A stretch of DNA of 64,000 bases from Ignavibacteriota bacterium (GCA_963752915.1 CAVVZZ010000011.1:42708-106707), one strand, 5' to 3'. Numbered from the stretch's first letter, positions 9,755 through 19,838 are shown. Translations and numbers: made by a program. The notes: generated from the letters alone by a model not told the origin.

Positions 9755-12700
9755 ATGAGGAGAATCACAACCATTCTGTTTACCGTTATTTTGACTGGGC
9801 TGCTGGCGACGCCGGCGATGGCTCAATTGTTCAAAGATGATTTTACCGGAGCGGCCGGCGACACCCTGAACGGCCACGGCTATTTCATCCAGGGGACGAC
9901 ATACACGAACCCGATTTCAGTCGTCACCCCCGGATTGATGTATGGCATATTCCCTGGATCGAATATCGGCAACGCCGCCGGACTGAAGAATTCCGGCCAG
10001 GATCTGTATGCCAAGTTTGTCACTGACAGCATTAAGACCGGTTCGTTGTACGCGTCATTTATGTTGAACCTTTCAGCTGTCCAAAACGGGGGAGACTATT
10101 TCTTCACCTTTTCCCCAGCCTCCGCCGCAACGAACTACACGTTGAGACTCTTTGCCAAGTCGGATACCGCTGGTGGGTACTATCTCGGATTGACGAAGAG
10201 CAACGAGACTCCCCAGGTGTATGGGGCAACGCACTTCAGCCTCAATACAACCTATCTCGTGGTGGTGAAATACACGTTCGTAGCAGGCGATTCCAACGAT
10301 GTGTCGACCGTCTACGCTTTCACGGATCCGAATCTGCCACAAACGGAACCTGGCACTGCGACAGTCGGACCGTACACCGGGTCGACGCGGTCAGATGTTC
10401 CGAGTCTTGCCCTCTATACGTTGCGGCAGGGAAGTTCCACAACTGCCCCGACGTTGAAGATCGACGGTATCAGGATTGATACCACGTGGACCGGCGCGCT
10501 CGGTATCGGGGCCACCGCGCTCATCACGCCGAAGACTCTTGATTTTGGAAAAATCAATCCGGGTACACAGAAACTCGATAGCGTTCTTGTCAAGAATGCC
10601 GGTACACTTTCCCTTATCGTCTCCGGCGTAACGGCCAGCGATACGACGTTCAAGGTGAGCCCGAAAACGGCCACCATCGCGGCCCAGGATAGTGCATGGT
10701 TCCATATCACGTTTGCCCCGACGGTCGCGGGGAAACATCCCGGGACGGTCACGTTCCATCATAACGGAGTCTTTGCTTCGGACTCTGTCGTAACGGTGTC
10801 CGGGGAAGGCTTCAAGGAAGGTTTCCTTGTCGAGCCGACGTCCCTGGCCTTCGGAAAAGTCTGGACCGACACTCCGGTGACGGACACCCTGACGGTCACC
10901 GACAACAGCGTAACGAATCCGCTCGTGATCGACTCGGTCACGTCGAGCAACGCAAACTTCTCTGTGACGCCCACAGATGCAACGATCGACACGATGCAGA
11001 GCCTGAAGTTTGCGGTGACGTATCATCCCACGACGGCAAGCGTCGATACCGGGCTTGTGATCTTCTACCACAACGCGGCCACGCACCAGGACACGGTTCG
11101 TGTAACGGGCAACGGCGGCGTCAAGAAGGCTACCCTGGTTCTCGGAAACCGTCTCAAAGCGTTCGGCCGTGTTTTGGTTAGTCAGTCAAAGGCCGACAGC
11201 GTCAAGATCAAGAATACGGGAGAGCTTGCGCTGACGATTAGCGGCGTCGCGAGCAAAGATACGTCGCTGTTCGGCGTCGTTCTCGACGCGAGCTCGGTCC
11301 CCTCGGGTGACAGCACATACGTCAAAGTCACGTTCCACCCGCAGACCGTCGGCCTGAAGGCCGATACGATCGTCTTTAGCAGCAACGCGCCGGAGGGAGT
11401 TGACACGCTCTTCGTGAGCGGTGTCAGTGACACTGCAGTGGCGATGTTCTCCGTGACGCCGAAGAGCTTTACGTTTGCCAATCTTCGCCTCGGGCAATCG
11501 CTGGCCGACACCCTGAAGATCAAAAACGCCGGTGAGCTGACCCTGAAGATCGCTCACTTTACGCAGAAGGACACCACGTTCCACATTTCTCTCGCGGCCG
11601 ACTCTGTGGCATCCGGCGACAGCACAAAGCTGTTCGTCCGGTTTGCTCCATTGACCTCCGGTTCGCATTCCGATACGGTGGTGTTTACCTGCAATAGCGC
11701 GGAGAAGACGGATACGCTCTTCCTCCATGCGACCGTCAACGATGTCATCACGATCGCCGCTGCGCGGGCGTTGCCGAACGGCACGGAAGTCATCGTGCGC
11801 GGTATCGTCACGAGGACACTCGGCTCGTACACCTTTATGCAGGATACGAGCGGCGGGATCATCATGTATTCGAACATTGTCGGGGCGCCCGCCCACGATT
11901 CCGTTGCGAGCGGATACATTAAGGAAGGCGATCTCCTGGAGGTTGACGGGAGAACGTCCGAGTTTAATGCGCTGAAAGAAATTGCGACCACCGACATCAT
12001 CAGCTTCCAGAGGATTTCGAGAGGGAATGCGATGCCCGCGGCGAAGCTCGTGACGCTCTTACAGATCAAGAACGGCGGCGAGCAATACGAGGCCGAGCTC
12101 ATTACGATTCACAAGATGAAATTCAAAGGTGCTGCGATCGGGACGTTCGTCAATGCCCACACCTACTCCATTGCGGATTCGTCGGATACAACTGGAGCGG
12201 TCTCGTTCCGCGTTCAGGGTGCGACCGATACGCAGCTTGGCGGGTTGAATGCTCCGGTCGGAACATTTACCTACACAGGTGTGGTTGGACAATTCTCGTC
12301 CAGCAGTCCGACCACCGGTTATCAACTTCTGCCTGTGGATTCGACGGATGTTGTGGCCGACATCGTCGAAGGGATCGCGTCGCTGCCGACCGGAGTTCCC
12401 TCGGCGTTTGCGCTGGCGCAGAACTTCCCGAACCCGTTCAATCCGACGACGACGATTCAGTATGCGCTGCCGGTGGAAAGCCGGGTCACCGTGAAGATCT
12501 ATTCGATCCTCGGTCAGCAAGTGCGGACGCTCGTGAGCGAGACGCAGAAGGCGAGCTACTACCGGGTTGTCTGGGATGGCCGCAATGCGTTCAATGCACC
12601 GCTTGCCAGCGGTCTCTACTTCTGCCGGATCACCGCGGAGCCCACAGGAACAGGCGCCGCATCGTTCGTGCAGGTCAAGAAGATGATGATGCTAAAATAA
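9755..12700 (+). CDS. large secreted T9SS cargo protein with four tandem ~100-aa Ig-like (ASH/choice-of-anchor-D-like) repeats
   Basis: Start re-set to the internal ATG at 9755 (RBS GGAGGA; signal peptide 'MRRITTILFTVILTGLLATPAMAQ'). Repeats of the pattern 'L.FGK.......D...(I/V)KN.G.L.L.I.GV...D..F.V.......A..DS....V.F.P...G...DT(V/I)VF..N' cover about 10530-11745. T9SS CTD 'FALAQNFPNPFNPTTTIQYALP...FCRITAEP'. Confidence 0.75.
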   Translation: MRRITTILFTVILTGLLATPAMAQLFKDDFTGAAGDTLNGHGYFIQGTTYTNPISVVTPGLMYGIFPGSNIGNAAGLKNSGQDLYAKFVTDSIKTGSLYASFMLNLSAVQNGGDYFFTFSPASAATNYTLRLFAKSDTAGGYYLGLTKSNETPQVYGATHFSLNTTYLVVVKYTFVAGDSNDVSTVYAFTDPNLPQTEPGTATVGPYTGSTRSDVPSLALYTLRQGSSTTAPTLKIDGIRIDTTWTGALGIGATALITPKTLDFGKINPGTQKLDSVLVKNAGTLSLIVSGVTASDTTFKVSPKTATIAAQDSAWFHITFAPTVAGKHPGTVTFHHNGVFASDSVVTVSGEGFKEGFLVEPTSLAFGKVWTDTPVTDTLTVTDNSVTNPLVIDSVTSSNANFSVTPTDATIDTMQSLKFAVTYHPTTASVDTGLVIFYHNAATHQDTVRVTGNGGVKKATLVLGNRLKAFGRVLVSQSKADSVKIKNTGELALTISGVASKDTSLFGVVLDASSVPSGDSTYVKVTFHPQTVGLKADTIVFSSNAPEGVDTLFVSGVSDTAVAMFSVTPKSFTFANLRLGQSLADTLKIKNAGELTLKIAHFTQKDTTFHISLAADSVASGDSTKLFVRFAPLTSGSHSDTVVFTCNSAEKTDTLFLHATVNDVITIAAARALPNGTEVIVRGIVTRTLGSYTFMQDTSGGIIMYSNIVGAPAHDSVASGYIKEGDLLEVDGRTSEFNALKEIATTDIISFQRISRGNAMPAAKLVTLLQIKNGGEQYEAELITIHKMKFKGAAIGTFVNAHTYSIADSSDTTGAVSFRVQGATDTQLGGLNAPVGTFTYTGVVGQFSSSSPTTGYQLLPVDSTDVVADIVEGIASLPTGVPSAFALAQNFPNPFNPTTTIQYALPVESRVTVKIYSILGQQVRTLVSETQKASYYRVVWDGRNAFNAPLASGLYFCRITAEPTGTGAASFVQVKKMMMLK

Positions 12701-12896
12701 GCGGACAGTGAACAGTGGACAGTGGACAGTGAATTGACATTTGTTAGATCACTGATCCAACGTTCTGTTTACTCCCGGTTGCGTACGGCTTTGCTCAGCG
12801 CCCCATCATCGAACCAGAGGTGGGGCGCTGTTTCTTTTTTGAGAACACGATTGACTCCGCCAATTCCAATCGTTACTTTTCGCCAGAGAGGATTCT

Positions 12897-13070
12897 ATGT
12901 CAATGTCCATGATTCTGACTCTTATCGGGAATATTCTGGCAATCGTCTTATTCTTGTATCTGCTGTTCGTTGTGGGGGGCATCTCGAACAATTCGAAAAA
13001 GATTCTCTTGAAACTTGAAGAACTTGAAAAGAAAATCGACTTGGCACATTCGGGCTTACCCAATGCGTAG
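12897..13070 (+). CDS. possible small membrane protein (57 aa), not in the ORF track
   Basis: Own translation: 'MSMSMILTLIGNILAIVLFLYLLFVVGGISNNSKKILLKLEELEKKIDLAHSGLPNA*', one TM helix plus an amphipathic K/E-rich tail. RBS-like 'agagagga' upstream. Region is locally AT-rich. Overlaps the next gene start by 8 bp. Confidence 0.25.
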   Translation: MSMSMILTLIGNILAIVLFLYLLFVVGGISNNSKKILLKLEELEKKIDLAHSGLPNA

Positions 13071-13620
13071 TGGATTAATGGTCCTCGCACTTATCGTCGT
13101 ACGGGTGCTTGAAGGCTGCACGACGGAATGCGTCGTCTCAGCCGACGCGACGGAGACGCCATACTGGCAGACACAGCATATCTCCTATGCGGATTTGGCG
13201 GCGAAAGGGGGAGGGGACGACGTCTCAATTGTCATGGACGACGGCAGCGTCAGAGAGGGTCGTCTTGAAGCAACATCGGCGGACAGCATCGTCTGGAAGG
13301 ATTCACAATCTCGTTTGCGTGTCGCTGCCGCCACAACCGGAGTCCGGAGTCTTGGCTTCTCCCACCATTATGCCCTCGAGGGAGCTCTTGCAGGTCTCTT
13401 GGTGGGGGTCGTGCCGCCGCTTCTGGCCGGATCCTGGGCGGTAACGTATGACGGAAACGAACATACACCGCAGTACATCGGTCGGGAATTTACCGGATAC
13501 CTCGGCGCGATGGGGATGCTCACAGGTCTAATCACCGGGGCATGCATTTCGCATACCTATGAGTGTACGTTTGAACGGTTGCCAGGAGGAAACGCAGTCC
13601 CCCAACGTTCGCCCGATTGA
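13063..13620 (+). CDS. hypothetical lipoprotein / small envelope protein
   Basis: Start re-set to 'MRSGLMVLALIVVRVLEGCTTEC' (lipobox-like 'LEGC'). C-terminal Gly-rich hydrophobic segment 'LAGLLVGVVPPLLAGSWAV...GAMGMLTGLITGA'. No recognisable catalytic motif. Confidence 0.4.
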   Translation: MRSGLMVLALIVVRVLEGCTTECVVSADATETPYWQTQHISYADLAAKGGGDDVSIVMDDGSVREGRLEATSADSIVWKDSQSRLRVAAATTGVRSLGFSHHYALEGALAGLLVGVVPPLLAGSWAVTYDGNEHTPQYIGREFTGYLGAMGMLTGLITGACISHTYECTFERLPGGNAVPQRSPD

Positions 13621-13634
13621 TCGATCCGCGCACG

Positions 13635-14912
13635 TCATTTTCCCCGTTCAAGATCGAGCACCTCGAGACCCGCCAGCAGCACTGCACCGATGCCATGAGG
13701 ATCGTTCAGCGGTGTGGGACGCTGGTAGTAGGATACAAGGTCGTCACTCACACCAGTGCCGGCGCACACGCCGACGATCTGACCGTCATCGCGGACCTTT
13801 GTAATCACCCCCTCCCATCCACGTAGTGCGATCGATGCATACCGCGGCTCAATATAACCCCTCCGAACAGCTCGCGCTATTGCGTACGTAAACATCGCAC
13901 TGCACGATGTCTCCTCAAACGAATCGGTCTTGTCGAGCAACTGATGCCATAGCCCGTTCGGTCCCTGGTAGTGCGCAATCCCGAGAATCTCTCTCCGAAG
14001 TAAAGCAAGGAGTACGCTCCGTTTCGGAAAGTCTGAAGGCAACCGGTCCAGGAGGTCGACCTGTGCCAGTAAAGCCCAACCGTTCGCCCGTCCCCAGAAT
14101 GCAACCCCGCGGCGATCGACATCGGAATACCAGCAGTGGCTCATCAATCCCTGTGCATCATCGAACAGGTACTTCTGAAAGTTGATGACCTGGCGTGCGG
14201 CCTCGTTGAAATATTTCGGTTCGGCTGTGAGCTCACCCATTCTGGAAAGGAAGGAAACGCTCATGTAGAGATCGTCGGCCCACAGAGTCCAGCGTTGGGG
14301 GAAGGCGCGGACGAACGTACTGTCATCAAGGCGATGCAATCGGGTCGAGATGAACTCCGCCGTCCGGTCGATATATGCCCGATAGCGATCCTGCCTGTTG
14401 TGCCGGTACACCTCAATGAGCGCCGCCCCCATTGATCCACAATCGTCCAACTCTTCCATCGTAAAGAGTTGACCGAAAGGATAATTCCATTTTTCTTCAT
14501 TGGTGTGGCGGTGCTCGAAATAAGGATACTTGTCGAAGCAAAAGGCGATGCTATTAACGACATACGCACGATATTCCGGCGTGGAAAGTGAGCCGCTTAA
14601 CCGGAGAAGTGCGACATCGATGACGCCGTTCCAGTATCGCCAATCCGAATACGGGCTCTCCAGCTGAAGGCGGGCATTGGCAGGTGCCTGGGCGGGCGAG
14701 CTGAAATGCGTGTTGGTGGCGGGGTCGACGAAGCCGAATGTCGCATGTGTGACCAGGGCATCGGCAATTCGATGAAGAGCCTGTCGTGTTCGCATGGTGT
14801 CCTGCGCGGCCACACGGATCGGGGAGAGACCCACTGTCAGAAGGCTCGATGCGCTGAGATAGGTAACGGCAAGAAATCGCCAGAATCGCGGACGGGGGGC
14901 AAGAATTGTCAT
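13635..14912 (-). CDS. glycoside hydrolase family 88/105-like (unsaturated glucuronyl / rhamnogalacturonyl hydrolase)
   Basis: Start re-set to the signal-peptide Met 'MTILAPRPRFWRFLAVTYLSASSLLTVGLSPIRVAAQ'. 'FWGRANGWALLA' and 'ETSCSAMFTYAIARAVRRGYI' recall the (alpha/alpha)6 GH88/GH105 fold. Confidence 0.6.
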   Translation of the reverse strand: MTILAPRPRFWRFLAVTYLSASSLLTVGLSPIRVAAQDTMRTRQALHRIADALVTHATFGFVDPATNTHFSSPAQAPANARLQLESPYSDWRYWNGVIDVALLRLSGSLSTPEYRAYVVNSIAFCFDKYPYFEHRHTNEEKWNYPFGQLFTMEELDDCGSMGAALIEVYRHNRQDRYRAYIDRTAEFISTRLHRLDDSTFVRAFPQRWTLWADDLYMSVSFLSRMGELTAEPKYFNEAARQVINFQKYLFDDAQGLMSHCWYSDVDRRGVAFWGRANGWALLAQVDLLDRLPSDFPKRSVLLALLRREILGIAHYQGPNGLWHQLLDKTDSFEETSCSAMFTYAIARAVRRGYIEPRYASIALRGWEGVITKVRDDGQIVGVCAGTGVSDDLVSYYQRPTPLNDPHGIGAVLLAGLEVLDLERGK

Positions 14913-15082
14913 GGCGGAACTTGGATGGTTGATCAACGGAGAGCACGCTTGGAATCTTACGGATGCGCTCCCAAGATCATCAATTTCGTCCATTGGTGCA
15001 ATGTCTCATGTCTCGCAGCTGATGACGTTCGAGAGGAGGATGGATTGCAATTGTTCGACTCGGGAACCATATTAAAGGTAGA

Positions 15083-15940
15083 ATGACTCCTACGCGATAC
15101 ATGACCAGATTGTTTTTCTTGCCTTTGGGCTTGTTGCTGCTCGCCCCCGTCAATAGATCCTTGTCGCAGGAAGAGAATGAAGGAGATGACGCAGAAGAGC
15201 CCTGGAACCTCTCGGCAAATGCGAGCTACCTAAGCCGCTACACGAGTTTTGGCGTCGATCTCAGCGAGGATGAGCCGGCGATTCTCCTGGAGGCAACGCT
15301 TGCGCACGCAAGCGGAGTGAATTGCGGTGTGGAAGCCCTTGGGCGAACGGGAGGGAATTCCGGCTACCAGCAGGCATCGCTCCATCTGGGATATGAGCGG
15401 GACCTCACGAAGGTGGTGAAACTCAGCGGGATCTACACTTACTACACCTATAGCAGCGACACGATCAGCGTCCTTGCGGGGATTTCTAACTCGCTTGCCT
15501 TCAACGGGACGCTGAATTTTGCCCCGGTAACCATCGCATTTGGCTACTCTCTATTCTTCGGCAACGCAAGCGCGAACTTCTTCTCAGGCTCGCTTTCGGC
15601 AGCCTGGCAAATCGGAAAGCTGAGTATCGCGCCGTCCGTCCAGGGTTGTGTGGCCTCACAGTCCGTGAATATCGCCCTCCTCCCGAAGAATCGCGGCAAG
15701 GGAATGGGGAATGGACAGGGGCAGGGAAAGAAGGCGGGAGGTGTCACCGACGCCGTGAGCACGTCGGAGTCGATCACCGGCCTCAGCAGCCTGAGCGTCG
15801 AGCTCGGATTGACATATCCCTTAGGAAAAGGTTTTAGTTGCTCTCTTACTCCGGCATATCAATACTCGCCGACTGACCTTGGCGCGCGATCATCACAGTT
15901 CATTGTCACTGCAGGGCTCGGATACTCTCTCGATTTCTAG
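15083..15940 (+). CDS. putative outer-membrane beta-barrel protein
   Basis: Signal peptide 'MTRLFFLPLGLLLLAPVNRSLSQ'. Alternating beta-strand pattern. C-terminal 'GLGYSLDF' with terminal Phe, typical of OM beta-barrels. Internal low-complexity 'GKGMGNGQGQGKKAGG'. Confidence 0.45.
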   Translation: MTPTRYMTRLFFLPLGLLLLAPVNRSLSQEENEGDDAEEPWNLSANASYLSRYTSFGVDLSEDEPAILLEATLAHASGVNCGVEALGRTGGNSGYQQASLHLGYERDLTKVVKLSGIYTYYTYSSDTISVLAGISNSLAFNGTLNFAPVTIAFGYSLFFGNASANFFSGSLSAAWQIGKLSIAPSVQGCVASQSVNIALLPKNRGKGMGNGQGQGKKAGGVTDAVSTSESITGLSSLSVELGLTYPLGKGFSCSLTPAYQYSPTDLGARSSQFIVTAGLGYSLDF

Positions 15941-16015
15941 CAACCGCCGGCTGAAGAACCCTGATCCGTTTTGCACTCGCAGCCGGCAACGATTTCGACA
16001 CAACATACAACAGCC

Positions 16016-17092
16016 ATGAGAACTCCCTCAATCTTACCCGTGCGCTTTGTTTTTCTTGCATTCCTGGTCCTGAGTTCATCTTCGACCTTAAGTCAGACCG
16101 CCCGCCCGGTGCGCGACAACGTTGGGTTCTGCTGGAAAGCCGCCGAAATGGACTCTCTGATGGCCTATCTCTCTCTGCACGCCGAGGCAATGCCCGTCGT
16201 AAGGGGCAACGTTATCGGCGGCATCTCACCGCACGATGACTATCTTTACGCCGCACGCGTCTACTACCCACTCTATACTATGGTGCAAGCTCCGACAGTC
16301 ATCATTATCGGCCTTACCCACGGGACCGTGCGAAAGGAGATCGGAGATCCCCGCGGAGTTCTCCTGTTTGATGACTACGATGAATGGGTGGGACCGTATG
16401 GACCGGTGAAGGTCTCGCCGTTGCGGTCCTACGTCACTGATCGGCTCGACACGGCAATGTGGCGCACAAACCGGAAAGCCCAGACCCTTGAACACTCCAT
16501 CGAAGCCCTCGTCCCGTTCCTCCAATACTACCGGCGGGACCTGACGATCCTCCCGATTATGGTGACAGCGATGCCTCTCGATCGGATGTCGACTATTGCC
16601 GGGGCTTTGGCGACAACGGTGGCGGGCTTTGCGAAGGAGCGGCACCTCGTGCTGGGGAAAGACCTCGCTGTTCTCATCTCAACAGACGCAGACCACTACG
16701 GGAGGGACTTTGACAACGTGCCGTTCGGAGAGGACGAAACCGCTCACAGCCAGGGGACGGGGCTGGACCGTGAGATCATTGCCAGCGCTTTGACCGGGAC
16801 TCTCGATGCGGCGCATGTCCAGAAGTTTGTCGGTTACACCTGGGGAACGACGTACACTGAACCAGGGAAGAGTCTTTGGTGCGGGAGGTTTTCTGTCCCA
16901 TTTGGTGCGCTCTTCGTTGAGAAGCTTGCGGCACTTCAGGGAAACGAGTCGGTCACTTCAACGCCGCTTCTCTACTCCGACACCTGGACCGAGAAAGTCC
17001 TCCCTCTCCGCCACACCTCAATGGGAACCACGGCACCATTTTCCTTGAAGCACTGGGTGGGATGGTGTTCCATCGCCTTCACCGCCCATTGA
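16016..17092 (+). CDS. secreted MEMO1-family (UPF0103, AmmeMemo-B-like) protein
   Basis: Start re-set to 'MRTPSILPVRFVFLAFLVLSSSSTLSQ'. 'GISPHDDYLYAARVY' and 'STDADHYGRDF' resemble the MEMO1 'PHAGY.YSG' and 'SSDF.HWG..F' motifs. Confidence 0.5.
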   Translation: MRTPSILPVRFVFLAFLVLSSSSTLSQTARPVRDNVGFCWKAAEMDSLMAYLSLHAEAMPVVRGNVIGGISPHDDYLYAARVYYPLYTMVQAPTVIIIGLTHGTVRKEIGDPRGVLLFDDYDEWVGPYGPVKVSPLRSYVTDRLDTAMWRTNRKAQTLEHSIEALVPFLQYYRRDLTILPIMVTAMPLDRMSTIAGALATTVAGFAKERHLVLGKDLAVLISTDADHYGRDFDNVPFGEDETAHSQGTGLDREIIASALTGTLDAAHVQKFVGYTWGTTYTEPGKSLWCGRFSVPFGALFVEKLAALQGNESVTSTPLLYSDTWTEKVLPLRHTSMGTTAPFSLKHWVGWCSIAFTAH

Positions 17093-17123
17093 AGGACATC
17101 ATGACTGCACCGCTGTTGCGCTG

Positions 17124-19748
17124 TTGGATGTCAAGGGGGTACTCATGAATTGCTCGCTGAAGATGTCCGGTCCCAGGAACACCATCGTCTTGCGCAGTGC
17201 AGTGTCTGCAGGATGTTGTCTGCTTTTCCCGGTTCTCGTCACATCGCAATCGCTTCTATGGCAATCGCGCGGCGTTGGCGGCGGCGGTTCGCTCTACTCG
17301 CCGAGCATCAACCCGGCGAACGAATCCGAATACTTTGTGGGATGCGACATGAGCGGGCTGTATCATTCGACAGATTTCGGCGATTCGTACACCGTAATGA
17401 ATTTCCTGGAAATTCAAGGTGGACACAACTCCAAAATACAGTTTACCAGCGATCCGAAGATTCTCTACTGTGTAAGCTATGCGAACGACCAGGCGGTACC
17501 GGTCAAGAGCACGGATGGTGGCGCCTCGTGGATGCCACTTCCCGGCAATCCGGATCAAAGTGAGGAAACGTATACGATTGCTGTCGATTACAACGTCCCT
17601 GATCGAGTGCTCATCGGGTACTACGGTTCAGTGTTTTTTTCGCCGGATGGGGGAACAAGTTTTCATCTCATCTATACGGCGAAGAATTCCGGCGCGGGCG
17701 TGACCATCGGCGGCGTATTCTTCGGGGGAAATGCTCTGTACCTCGGAACAAGTGAGGGACTCATCGTAAGCACCGATGGCGGGACCACGTTTGTTCCTCA
17801 AGCGGCGAACGGCCTCGGGCCAGGGGAGAGGATCTTTTCGTTTGCAGCGGCAAGACAAGGAGCCCGTCTGCGATTCTATTGTCTTACCGCCGACTCGAAC
17901 GACGTGTATGTAGGTGTGCCTGGAAGCGATTACTGGGGCTTTATGAAGGGGGTTTATTCCATGGACGACGGTTCCGGAACCTGGGTCCCCCGAATGAATG
18001 GCATCACAGCTGGGACGGATTTTCTCATGTTCGTTGCCGCTGCACAAACCGACACGGCAACCGTGTACCTCGGCGGTTCAAACAGCTCCGGGACCCCGAA
18101 CATCATGAGGAGTTCCGATGCGGGTGCCACGTGGAGTCATGTCTTTCTATCGACAGGGAATGCCAATATTAGCACAGGATGGAGCGGAGACGGGGGAGAC
18201 CGGGGTTGGGGGTATGGGGAATGTGTTTTCGGGTTGACCGTCGCCCCGACGAATTCGCAACGTGTCCTGTTCACGGATTTCGGGTTCGTCCACCGAACCA
18301 CCGACGGCGGGACAAGCTGGCGGCAGGCATATCTCTCCCCCGCTGACGCGAATCCCGCAGGGCAGGCAACGCCCGATGGGAAAAGCTATCACGGTGTCGG
18401 GCTGGAAGTAACAAGTTGCTGGCAAATCTTCTGGATCGATCGCGAGAATATGTTCGCAGGGTTTTCGGACATCAAGGGTGTCCGGAGCACTGATGCAGGG
18501 CATTCATGGTCCTTCAAGTATTCCGGACATGATGCCAACACGATGTATCGCATCGCACGTAATGAAGCCGATGGAACGCTCTACGGGGCAACGTCGAATA
18601 TCCACGATATGTACCAGAGCACGCGGTTGCAGGATGCACAACTGGACGCCGCCGATGCCGGAGGAAAAATCCTCTCGTCCACCGACAATGGCGTCCACTG
18701 GTCGACCGTCCATCTCTTCAACCATCCCGTGTTCTGGATAGCAATTGACCCCGGAAACCAGAAGCGAATGTATGCAAGCGTGGTTCACTCGACGCAAGGG
18801 GGAGTGTACGCAACCGACGATCTTGAGGATGGCGTATTGTCACAATGGACGAAGTTGTCCAACCCTCCACGGACCGAAGGTCATCCCGCGTCTCTCGTCG
18901 TTCTAAATGACGGCACCCTGGTTTGCACATATTCCGGCAGACGTACCTCAGCGGGATTTACGGCTAGCTCGGGTGTGTTTGTCTACAATCCCGTTCTGAA
19001 GACGTGGCGTAACGCGTCGGATCCGGGGATGCGGTATTGGACGAAAGACATTGTCATCGATCCGGGTGACACGACGGAAAACTCATGGTATGTAGGGGTC
19101 TTCAGCGGATGGGGAGGTCCTCCGAACGGGCTGGGCGGGCTCTATCGCACCAAAGACCGTGGTGCGACATGGAAACGCATCAGCGACCTCGATCGCGTGA
19201 CCTCATGCACCATCAACCCCGCGAACCCATCGGAAATGTATCTCACCACGGAGACGAACGGTCTCTGGCGTTCCACATCTCTCAGTGCGGTTTCACCATC
19301 ATTCAATCTTGTGACCAGTTTCCCGTTCCGGCAGCCCGAACGAGTGTTCTACAATCCGTTCGATCAGGGCGAACTGTGGATCTCGACGTTCGGCGCGGGG
19401 ATGATGATGTCCAGCATCACTGCCACCTCCGTAGCTGCAGGACCGAACCCTGTTGCGATTCCCGCCCAGGTGCGACTCCTCCCGAACTATCCGAATCCGT
19501 TCAATCCAAGCACGATCATACGATACACTATCGAAGGATCCAGGCTTCAGGTTTCGGGCGTCAGTAATGTAAGATTGGTGATTTATGATGTGCTGGGGAG
19601 GGAGGTGGCGACACTGGTGAATGAGAAGCAGTCTCCGGGACCGTATGAAGTCAAATTCGACGGCGGGAATCTTTCCAGCGGCGCATATTATTACCGTCTC
19701 ACCGCAGGGAATGTCACGGAAACACGGCCGATGATCCTGATGAAGTAA
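17124..19748 (+). CDS. BNR/Asp-box repeat beta-propeller protein (sortilin/Ycf48/GH74-like) with T9SS C-terminal domain
   Basis: Signal peptide 'VSAGCCLLFPVLVTSQS'; the real start may be the Met at 17145 or 17163. Repeated 'S.D.G.(T/S)(W/F)' motifs ('STDGGTTF', 'SSDAGATWSH', 'TTDGGTSWRQ', 'STDNGVHWST', 'TKDRGATWKR'). CTD 'RLLPNYPNPFNPSTIIRYTI...YYYRLTAGNVTETRPMILMK'. Confidence 0.75.
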   Translation: MDVKGVLMNCSLKMSGPRNTIVLRSAVSAGCCLLFPVLVTSQSLLWQSRGVGGGGSLYSPSINPANESEYFVGCDMSGLYHSTDFGDSYTVMNFLEIQGGHNSKIQFTSDPKILYCVSYANDQAVPVKSTDGGASWMPLPGNPDQSEETYTIAVDYNVPDRVLIGYYGSVFFSPDGGTSFHLIYTAKNSGAGVTIGGVFFGGNALYLGTSEGLIVSTDGGTTFVPQAANGLGPGERIFSFAAARQGARLRFYCLTADSNDVYVGVPGSDYWGFMKGVYSMDDGSGTWVPRMNGITAGTDFLMFVAAAQTDTATVYLGGSNSSGTPNIMRSSDAGATWSHVFLSTGNANISTGWSGDGGDRGWGYGECVFGLTVAPTNSQRVLFTDFGFVHRTTDGGTSWRQAYLSPADANPAGQATPDGKSYHGVGLEVTSCWQIFWIDRENMFAGFSDIKGVRSTDAGHSWSFKYSGHDANTMYRIARNEADGTLYGATSNIHDMYQSTRLQDAQLDAADAGGKILSSTDNGVHWSTVHLFNHPVFWIAIDPGNQKRMYASVVHSTQGGVYATDDLEDGVLSQWTKLSNPPRTEGHPASLVVLNDGTLVCTYSGRRTSAGFTASSGVFVYNPVLKTWRNASDPGMRYWTKDIVIDPGDTTENSWYVGVFSGWGGPPNGLGGLYRTKDRGATWKRISDLDRVTSCTINPANPSEMYLTTETNGLWRSTSLSAVSPSFNLVTSFPFRQPERVFYNPFDQGELWISTFGAGMMMSSITATSVAAGPNPVAIPAQVRLLPNYPNPFNPSTIIRYTIEGSRLQVSGVSNVRLVIYDVLGREVATLVNEKQSPGPYEVKFDGGNLSSGAYYYRLTAGNVTETRPMILMK

Positions 19749-19838
19749 GTGGTTCGGCATGTGCGTTGAATTTCGTCGCGCAAATCGGTACAATGGGTGT
19801 GCTCTTTGATCGACAGCGCTCGAGAGTTCTAGAGGGTA

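Noticed and set aside
10391-11896. 231-aa, 236-aa and 182-aa minus-strand ORFs inside the repeat-containing T9SS gene
   Set aside because: They are antisense to the Ig-like repeat array. The products are extremely Arg-rich and low-complexity, and the repeats on the sense strand explain the open frames.
12722-13018. 98-aa ORF in the 12.7-13.0 kb intergenic region
   Set aside because: It has no RBS and a poor composition, and it overlaps the better-supported small membrane ORF and lipoprotein start. Probably non-coding.
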